Below, one piece after another: positions 56,658 through 63,500 of a stretch of DNA of 63,500 nucleotides. Below the pieces are notes generated by a model, which saw only the letters and a list, made by a program, of their open reading frames with translations, searched no databases and was not told the DNA's origin. The position numbers and the translations under genes are program-made. Position 1 is the first letter of the stretch; the number at the start of each line of letters is the position of its first letter. Source of the DNA: Verrucomicrobiota bacterium (GTDB lineage: Bacteria; Verrucomicrobiota; Kiritimatiellia; JAAZAB01); NCBI GenBank assembly GCA_018898455.1, contig JAHIJO010000090.1, forward strand, positions 1 to 63,500, written 5' to 3'.

Positions 56658-58970
56658 ATGAGCAACAATGTCTGGCAGCAGTTTCTGGATCTGGAATCAT
56701 TGCGCTACCCGTTGTTCACCCATGATCCGGAGCGGAAGGCGGCTTCGGATGAGGTGGAGATAGATACTTCCTGGCAGATCAGGGTATCGGATTCGGAAGA
56801 GGGACTGGCCAAAGTTGGGGCACAGGAATTGGCCCGTTTTCTTGAAGAAGTTATGTGCCTGACGATACCGGTGCTTGATGAAACTGTTTCCCCCGGCACA
56901 AAAAATAAATGGATCAGGATTCTGTCCGCCGGTGGAGGAATCGGCAATTCGCCCGAAAGCTTTACCCTTGAAATTGAAAAAGGCGGTATCGTGATTAAAG
57001 GTGCAACTCCACAGGGCGCTTTACAGGGCAGCTTGTATCTTGAGGACCTCATGGGTGTTGAGGGAGCGCCTGTTCTAAGGCAACAGGAAACCGTCCGTTG
57101 GCCGCGACTGCCGTTTCGGTTCGGCACCATACGCAGACCTTCAGCCAACCTGACTCTCCTGCGAGCAATCCATAATGGCGTCTCGCCGATTCTTTCTTAT
57201 GAGGATGAATTCCTTGAAATTTTGCGTCAGGGTTACAACTGCTGCTGGATCGCTGCCGAGGAATTGTGGGATATTGCCGTTTCCAGCGTCCTGCCTGAGA
57301 TGCAAACCGGCAAGGCACGATCGTACCTGCCATACATCCAGGGGCGTGTCCGGGTAGCCAAGCGGCTGGGTTTGAAAACATGCGTCATCCTTCGCGCCTG
57401 GAAGACGTTGCCCGAAAATTACACCGTGTTCCAAACATATCCGGACGCTAAAGGGGCGCGGAAATTGAGCAGCGAGAGTATTTTTCCGGACGAAAAAGAT
57501 AATAAGTGTCATACCCTTTGCACGGAAAGCGGGATTGTAAAGCAATTTATCAGCGAGTCCATTACCAATCTATTTGCCAAAACAGGTCTCGATGTGTTGA
57601 CGGTATTAGTGGGCGGAGAAGCTTTTCACCATTGTTTCATGCGGCCTATGGATTGTAAAAAAGGACATACTGACTGTCCGAAATGTGAGCCGCTTGGTGC
57701 TGAGGCCGTAGTTGCGAACCTGGTAAATCTGCTTGCGGAGGCCGCCCGTAAAGCAAACCCCGAAGCGCAGATCCTTACCTGGCCATACAGCGCCTGCTGG
57801 GCGTGGTCGAAAGAAGATAACCAGGAGAGCTGGATTCGATTGCTTAAGCCGGAAGTCGGCGCCGTACTCCTTACGGAAGTAGAAAAAGACGAGATAATCG
57901 AAAAGGGTGGTTACCTAAAAGACCTGTGGGACTACAGCATCGACCTGGTTGAGCCAGGTCCCAAGTGCCGGAGCCAAATAGCGCTTTGCAAGGAAAGCGG
58001 GTTGCCGATATACCTGAAGACCGAGCCAACTCTCACGCTGGAATTTATGCACGTAGCGCACCTTCCGTGTATTGACCGATGGGTGGATCGGGCAATAGCT
58101 ATCGCCCAAAGCGGCGCCAATGGTGTATTTGCCATGCAGGGTTGTTATGGCCGACCGCCGAGTATTGCGCAATATATAGCCAAGTGGTTCTGGTGGGCTC
58201 CGAATCCCAATCGGGAGGAGATTTTGGACAAAATCGCCCGGATGGTTGCGGGCGTTACCGCGGCAAATCATGTGCGGCGTGCCTGGTCTCTGTTCTCGGA
58301 AGCCATGGGTTATATGCCGATTCTTGCTGCCGGATACATCAGATCTCCAACGTACCTCGGCCCGGCCCATCCATTACTGCTTGATCCTGAAGAAAAGTTG
58401 CCACGGAAGTTCTATAGCATCGAATGTACGTTGGACATTGAAGTCGAGCCATCCCGACCCTCCCGGCCGGCGTTTGTAGCACACTGGACGTTTAGCGAAC
58501 CCCAGATGCGCGATTGGCATAAGATGGCGGATTTGAGCCGCAGGGCAGTCGAGGAACTTGACCAGGCAAGCCCCCTGGCGCCGGAACACAAGAAACTTCT
58601 TTTTTTGAACGAATATTTCACGCTTAAGCATCTCGCCTTGACCATAAGGACCTGCGTCAATGTGGCTGAATTTTATCAGGTTCGTGATGCCCTTGCTGAA
58701 CTTGTTGCAACCCGCCAGGTCCAGGAACGCCGGACGGAAGCCCGGGAATTGTATCATGTGATGAAAACAACAGCCATGGATGAATTGGCCTGTGCCAAGG
58801 AAGATGTCCTCCCCGTAGAATCACATCCCTTGCTGGATTACCCCCATCAGGGAGATGGCACCCACTTCCATCATACGAAGGATATTCTACAGGCAAAAAT
58901 AGAACATACGCAACAACTGATTACCTGTCGGCTTCCCGACTATGCCAAACGATTGGGGCTGGAACCATAA
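56658..58970 (+). CDS. Hypothetical protein with GH20/GH67-type N-terminal domain
   Basis: AQELARFL...PESFTLEIEKGGIVIKGATPQGALQG; 770 aa; remainder unassigned. Confidence 0.7.
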   Translation: MSNNVWQQFLDLESLRYPLFTHDPERKAASDEVEIDTSWQIRVSDSEEGLAKVGAQELARFLEEVMCLTIPVLDETVSPGTKNKWIRILSAGGGIGNSPESFTLEIEKGGIVIKGATPQGALQGSLYLEDLMGVEGAPVLRQQETVRWPRLPFRFGTIRRPSANLTLLRAIHNGVSPILSYEDEFLEILRQGYNCCWIAAEELWDIAVSSVLPEMQTGKARSYLPYIQGRVRVAKRLGLKTCVILRAWKTLPENYTVFQTYPDAKGARKLSSESIFPDEKDNKCHTLCTESGIVKQFISESITNLFAKTGLDVLTVLVGGEAFHHCFMRPMDCKKGHTDCPKCEPLGAEAVVANLVNLLAEAARKANPEAQILTWPYSACWAWSKEDNQESWIRLLKPEVGAVLLTEVEKDEIIEKGGYLKDLWDYSIDLVEPGPKCRSQIALCKESGLPIYLKTEPTLTLEFMHVAHLPCIDRWVDRAIAIAQSGANGVFAMQGCYGRPPSIAQYIAKWFWWAPNPNREEILDKIARMVAGVTAANHVRRAWSLFSEAMGYMPILAAGYIRSPTYLGPAHPLLLDPEEKLPRKFYSIECTLDIEVEPSRPSRPAFVAHWTFSEPQMRDWHKMADLSRRAVEELDQASPLAPEHKKLLFLNEYFTLKHLALTIRTCVNVAEFYQVRDALAELVATRQVQERRTEARELYHVMKTTAMDELACAKEDVLPVESHPLLDYPHQGDGTHFHHTKDILQAKIEHTQQLITCRLPDYAKRLGLEP

Positions 58971-58980
58971 CGACAAATTC

Positions 58981-59167
58981 TACTTGGGAGAATGTAGCCA
59001 AATATTGTCGGACATTTTTTTTGAATTTGGATTGCGACGGCTTGTCGTCGCTTTATCCTCCACGAAGCTTGTTTCGCGGGTCCGTATTGGGCAAATCGCC
59101 GGGCAAGCTCGGCGCGGAAAAAGCGCAAGCAAGCTTGCGCACTCCAAAATCAAATCGAATTTCAAAT
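58981..59167. repeat. Composite family-B repeat with flanks shared with 14546-14637
   Basis: TACTTGGGAGAAT.TAGCCAAATATTGTCG flank; TTGGATTGCG...CGCACTCCAA core. Confidence 0.75.
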
Positions 59168-59207
59168 ATGCTTGGCTAGCTGTCTCGTAATAAAAAGGGG
59201 TAATACT

Positions 59208-60587
59208 ATGACGCGCGCCTATAATCATCGATCGGCATTCGGCTGTTGGATCAACGATATGAGAAATAAGGCCATGCCACGTGAGAATTGGCCTTACGGG
59301 GTTCTCGACGACCAGACGGTGGAAAGCATCATTGGTTGTCTTGAGTTACAGCGCCAAGCTGGATTCAATGAATTTTGCACCTTTGGACTTCTTGTCACGC
59401 GGGATTGGCCCGTGGATATATCAAGCGCCGTGAGTGAAGACCGCAGGCAAAAGGTGAACACGATAATAAAAGCGGCGCATGAACGCGGCATCAAGCTTCT
59501 CTATGGGCTGGGTGTGTACAGTTGGGGATTCGACGAGATCATTAAAAACTGCTTGGAGGTGCGCGGACCGAATCCGGGCGCCATGTGCGGCTCCAGTCCT
59601 GAGGCATGGTGTTGGATGCAGAAAGTGATTGATTACATCCTTGCCGAGTTTGACGTAGATGGCTTTCATCTCGAAGCTTCTGACCAGGGAAGATGCAGTT
59701 GTCCATCATGCGCGAAGCAGGGAAACGTGGAATATTATTCGCGGTTAAACGGGATAACCGCTAAGTATATCCGCAGCAAGTGGCCGGACAAAATTTTGAT
59801 GGTGAATATGTGTGGATATATACACTTGGACACGAAAATCGAAACGGCGGACATGAAATATCTGGTGGACTTGAGCCGGCATCTCGATTACATAATTGAC
59901 CCGGGGCACCGCGGACAATTTATCGAAGAAAAGTCCAGGAAAAACTTCATCCAGTCACTGCAATGCGATTATGGCACATCCGGTGGGATTTGGGTTTATC
60001 CCCCCCAACGCTGGAATCGCTTGAGATGGTTTCTCCCCCATACGATACGGACTGGCCAACACCTCAAACAACTTTATGAAGATGGGGGAAGGGCAGTTGA
60101 GTACTATATGGGACCGACGGTTAATCCGGGGGTTGAGGTGAACATTGCCTTTGGAGGGAAACTGCTGTCGGATGTGGAAAAGGATGTTGAAAAAATATTG
60201 GCTGAAGTGGTTGAGATGCTCTACCGTCCCAAAAACAGCGCGGCTTGCGTTCAACTCGTCGACATCTTTCAGCGGGCGGAAAACGCGTATTTTGACCACT
60301 GGACACCCGATGATATCGCTGAAGTTGAAAAACTTGGTATTCCCGGGGAGTTGCATCCGATCGTGTATTTATTGGGCCACGCCCCAGGCCCGGCCGCATA
60401 CCTGCGAAAACCCTACATGGATTCCGGGGGACGGACGGCCTACAAGAAGGAGATGATCTCGATTCTAAATGATATCCGGACTATTGAAAGTGGTATCGCG
60501 GCTAAAACCAGAGTAACCCGAATCAAGACGTGCATCAAAAACACCATATGGGATATAGATTCTTGCGAAAATAAAACTGGGCCATAG
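59208..60587 (+). CDS. Hypothetical TIM-barrel-like protein with CxCxxC motif
   Basis: AHERGIKLLYG, FDVDGFHLE, GRCSCPSC. Confidence 0.7.
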   Translation: MTRAYNHRSAFGCWINDMRNKAMPRENWPYGVLDDQTVESIIGCLELQRQAGFNEFCTFGLLVTRDWPVDISSAVSEDRRQKVNTIIKAAHERGIKLLYGLGVYSWGFDEIIKNCLEVRGPNPGAMCGSSPEAWCWMQKVIDYILAEFDVDGFHLEASDQGRCSCPSCAKQGNVEYYSRLNGITAKYIRSKWPDKILMVNMCGYIHLDTKIETADMKYLVDLSRHLDYIIDPGHRGQFIEEKSRKNFIQSLQCDYGTSGGIWVYPPQRWNRLRWFLPHTIRTGQHLKQLYEDGGRAVEYYMGPTVNPGVEVNIAFGGKLLSDVEKDVEKILAEVVEMLYRPKNSAACVQLVDIFQRAENAYFDHWTPDDIAEVEKLGIPGELHPIVYLLGHAPGPAAYLRKPYMDSGGRTAYKKEMISILNDIRTIESGIAAKTRVTRIKTCIKNTIWDIDSCENKTGP

Positions 60588-60588
60588 A

Positions 60589-61695
60589 ATGAACGAACGT
60601 GAACGATTTGTACGCACGTTGACCTGTGATCATCCTGATCGTCCCAGTTATGGCGACTACCTGGCTTTTGATTCAACCCAGGAACGTTGGGAAAAGGAGG
60701 GATTACCCAAGGTGCTTTCCCGCCAACAGTTATTCGATCACTTCGACTTTGATCATATTGATATCTGGGGTAATGATTGTTTACCTGTTAATGGCGCGAT
60801 CATTCCTTGTTATTCATCGGAAATAATTGAAGAAACAGAGGAATACACAATCCGGAGGGAAAGCAGCGGCGATATTGTTAAAATACTTAAAAACACCCCG
60901 CCGCCCGCCATGCCCCAGTTTCTTTCCTATCCGGTTTCTGACCGTAAAAGCTGGCTGGATCTGAAAAAGAGGCTGAACCCCGATACCCCCGGTCGTATTC
61001 CTCCCAATCTCGCTAAATTGGCGCTTGATTCTCCGAACCGTCAGACGCCGCTCGGCATCTGGCTGGGGGGCACCTATGGCCTGATCAGGAACTGGATGGG
61101 CGTGGAAAACGCCAGTTATCTCTTCCACGATGATCCCGCCCTGATAGAAGAAATGATTGAGCACCTCACCTTTTTTTATTCTACCATAGCCGCAAACATA
61201 TTTGAAACTGGCATTCAGATCGATTGGGTGATGTTCTGGGAGGATATGTGTTATAATCATGGCCCGCTTCTCTCGCCGAATATGTACGCCAAATACTGCC
61301 TGCCATTTTATCGGACCATGATTGAAATGGTTATGCGCCACAACGTAAAAGTGATCATGCTGGATTCCGACGGCCAGATCAACGATCTGATTCCTTTATG
61401 GCTTGATGTTGGAATTAATGTCATGCATCCGATGGAAGTCGCCTCCGGAATGGATGTCCGGGAAATCAGGCGCCAATATGGAAACCAAATCCGTTTTCTT
61501 GGCGGCATTGACAAGCGTGCTATAGCTCGGGATCCGGCGGCTATTGACGACGAGGTCATTCCCAAAGTCAGCGCCATCATGGAAAGCGGAGGAGGTATGG
61601 TGGTGCAGTGCGATCACGGCGTCCCCCCTGATGTTTCCCTCGTTAATTTCATGTACTTTCACGATCTTGTCCGACGACTCTTTGAAAAAGGATAA
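60589..61695 (+). CDS. Uroporphyrinogen decarboxylase-superfamily protein
   Basis: ERFVRTL..DRP, RNWMGVEN, FWEDM, LDSDG, HPMEV, GGIDK, DHGVPPDV. Confidence 0.85.
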   Translation: MNERERFVRTLTCDHPDRPSYGDYLAFDSTQERWEKEGLPKVLSRQQLFDHFDFDHIDIWGNDCLPVNGAIIPCYSSEIIEETEEYTIRRESSGDIVKILKNTPPPAMPQFLSYPVSDRKSWLDLKKRLNPDTPGRIPPNLAKLALDSPNRQTPLGIWLGGTYGLIRNWMGVENASYLFHDDPALIEEMIEHLTFFYSTIAANIFETGIQIDWVMFWEDMCYNHGPLLSPNMYAKYCLPFYRTMIEMVMRHNVKVIMLDSDGQINDLIPLWLDVGINVMHPMEVASGMDVREIRRQYGNQIRFLGGIDKRAIARDPAAIDDEVIPKVSAIMESGGGMVVQCDHGVPPDVSLVNFMYFHDLVRRLFEKG

Positions 61696-61715
61696 TGCAG
61701 GAAAGGAGAATCTAC

Positions 61716-62516
61716 ATGTCAAACGTAAGAGATAAATTCTGGATCTGGGGGCATGAAGCGAACAGTCATTATAACGAATTCAACATCGCCACGCCGTCAC
61801 GGATGACCCCGGCGGAAGCGGCATTTTATATGTCCACGCCAAACCTTGTCATGGTGCGGTATAATTGGAAGCCGGCGCCGCCCTATGACCAGTATGCCTT
61901 GGCGCTCAGCCCGTTAAATCGGGTGGTATGGTCTATTGTGGGGGCAGCTTCCAAAGCATATGGCGGAACAGAACTGGATGAAGTAAACATTAACCGGGAC
62001 CTTGCCGCGCGTTTTCCGAATATCGGCGGCGTTATTATGGATGATTTTTTCCATCCTCCGGATAAAGACGGCAATATCGGGACGTTTACCCCCGCCCAGC
62101 TGGAACAGATTAAGAGGCGTCTTTGTGCCTGCGGCCGGGAACTTGACCTATGGGTTGTCTTGTATGACCATCAATTGGACCTGCCTTTTACCCAGCATCT
62201 CGAACGATGCGATGTGTTGACATTCTGGACATGGCGGGCGGAAGAACTTGACAAACTGGAACAGAATTTTGAGCGTATTGAGAAAGCATGCCCTTCCTTA
62301 AAGAAAGTGCTCGGCTGCTACATGTATGACTACGGCGACAAACGCGAGATGCCCATGCCGCTTATGGAAAAACAGTGTCGCCTTGGGCTCCGATGGCTTA
62401 AGGAAGGCCGGATCGAAGGGATGATATTCCTGGCCAGTTGCATTTGCGACATAGGATTGGAAGCCGTAGAGTGGAGCCGCCGTTGGATTTCAGAGGTGGG
62501 CGACGAGTCGCTTTGA
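61716..62516 (+). CDS. Conserved-looking hypothetical protein (possible GH-like barrel)
   Basis: DKFWIWGH, SRMTPAEAA, GGVIMDDFF, WVVLY, TFWTW, GCYMYDYG. Confidence 0.7.
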   Translation: MSNVRDKFWIWGHEANSHYNEFNIATPSRMTPAEAAFYMSTPNLVMVRYNWKPAPPYDQYALALSPLNRVVWSIVGAASKAYGGTELDEVNINRDLAARFPNIGGVIMDDFFHPPDKDGNIGTFTPAQLEQIKRRLCACGRELDLWVVLYDHQLDLPFTQHLERCDVLTFWTWRAEELDKLEQNFERIEKACPSLKKVLGCYMYDYGDKREMPMPLMEKQCRLGLRWLKEGRIEGMIFLASCICDIGLEAVEWSRRWISEVGDESL

Positions 62517-62598
62517 TCAATCAATGGCTAACCGACTCTATTAACACGGGAGAATGGTCATTAACGGCACAGATGCCGGGAAGTGAAGACTCCCCGCG

Positions 62599-62887
62599 TA
62601 GCCCGGCGGCCCACGCCCGCTCCAGGTAGTCCGACACCGTACTGTGCGCCAAACAGCAACTGCGCGCAATCCTCCGCACCGATAACTTCTGCTCCAACCT
62701 CAACCGGAGCACCTCCGATAACTTGCGCATGGATAACCTCTCCTTGGCCATGATCGCCTCCTTTCTTGAGCCTGATCATGACCGCTATTATCCAGCACCG
62801 CTATCTCCTTTTCAGGGGTGTCCGAAATCACCGGAATCACTGTCCGGATTCAATCGGAACAGGTGTCCGATTTGACCGGAATACGCA
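62599..62887 (-). mobile_element. istA: IS21-family remnant: left end plus the first ~51 codons of istA
   Basis: End reads TGCGTATTCCGGTCAAATCGGACACC; three ~23-bp subterminal repeats at 62817-62884; SD AGGAGG; MAKERLSMRKLSEVLRL...VSDYLERA; no DDE core, istB or right end. Confidence 0.88.
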
Positions 62888-62914
62888 CCTGATATATCGC
62901 CTGGCGATATATCA
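62888..62914. repeat. CC-TGA hairpin abutting the IS21 end
   Basis: CC-TGATATATCGCC-t-GGCGATATATCA. Confidence 0.8.
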
Positions 62915-63224
62915 TCGTCTATGCCGAAAAACACACGCTTTATTCCTTATATGGCGGGCCATTCCGCATGCGGGATCGTGGATGTTATTGGCGGGTGTTT
63001 TTCAACAGCTTCACGAGATCAGCCCCAAATGGCTCTCTGCCCGAGGCGGCCAAATGTCTGCTCGTCTCAGGCGAGTTCTCGGTCGCATGACCCCGGCGGT
63101 ATTGACACCTTGAAGGTCTAGGCATCATGACGGTATGGCCGCAGACGGGGGATCGCTGAATGGGCGGACCCGCCCGAAGCATTGATCATGAGTGCCTGCA
63201 TCTGGTAGGAAATTCTTACTTAAT

Positions 63225-63426
63225 ACCTGAAAATTGCACGGAGGCGTGCAATTTTCACCCTCCGGGCCGTCGTAACCCCGCATTAATGCGGGGTTACAAG
63301 GGGTTAACCACTTGCGTTGAGCGGATAACCCATTGGGTTATCTGCCCAACGCGACGTCTTTTCGCCAATGCCTTGTCAGCATTGACGAAAAGTGAATATT
63401 GCGCGATTTTCGCGCAATATTCAGGT
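63225..63426 (+). mobile_element. 202-bp multi-hairpin MITE-like element (complete copy)
   Basis: Ends ACCTGAAAATTGC / GCAATATTCAGGT; hairpins at 63228-63257, 63272-63297 (26-bp perfect), 63324-63342, 63366-63384 and 63393-63423; second copy at 1-140. Confidence 0.8.
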
Positions 63427-63500
63427 AATAAGAAAAACGTGGATCCAAATTGCACCGGGATAAGACGGTCAACGGTTGACTCTGAATGGCGGAGATGGCA

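Noticed and set aside
62915-63224. Short ORFs (62766-63113, 62921-63121, 62985-63182) or an ncRNA between the IS relic and the MITE-like element
   Set aside because: No recognisable motif, SD or conserved structure.
1-63364. A single 63-kb composite transposon bounded by the inverted repeats
   Set aside because: The interior holds essential housekeeping genes and no intact transposase; two independent insertions of a small repeat are more likely.

Overview
Chromosomal-looking, GC-rich window with no rRNA, tRNA or CRISPR array detected. The gene content suggests a PVC-superphylum anaerobe such as Kiritimatiellae or Lentisphaerae; this is inference only. Housekeeping genes (rpmH-rnpA-yidD-yidC, hcp, a Ca-type P-ATPase, hppA, ilvC, a nucleoside kinase, cutA) alternate with accessory blocks: a Cph1/Rcp1-like signalling cassette, an ECF sigma module, a 2.0k-aa gingipain-like secreted protein, a 2.1k-aa protein of unknown function, a Fic gene, and a ~10 kb PocR-AraC-headed catabolic cluster. 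That cluster has hydrolases with degenerate metal sites and three unassignable putative glycoside-hydrolase-like proteins. The most striking non-gene signal is a dense set of palindromic repeats. These include a 202-bp multi-hairpin MITE-like element with inverted copies at both window ends, a family of intergenic hairpins with different stems but the same CC-TGA...TCA foot, GTAG-type and GGAGTGCG-type REP-like cassettes, and repeat-like DNA sitting in frame inside coding genes (a 99-bp insert in a HAD phosphatase). Four 5'-truncated gene relics are present: a HAMP-PAS sensor, a DNA methyltransferase, an Abi-like gene and IS21 istA. All family assignments come from recognising motifs by eye; no database search was run.
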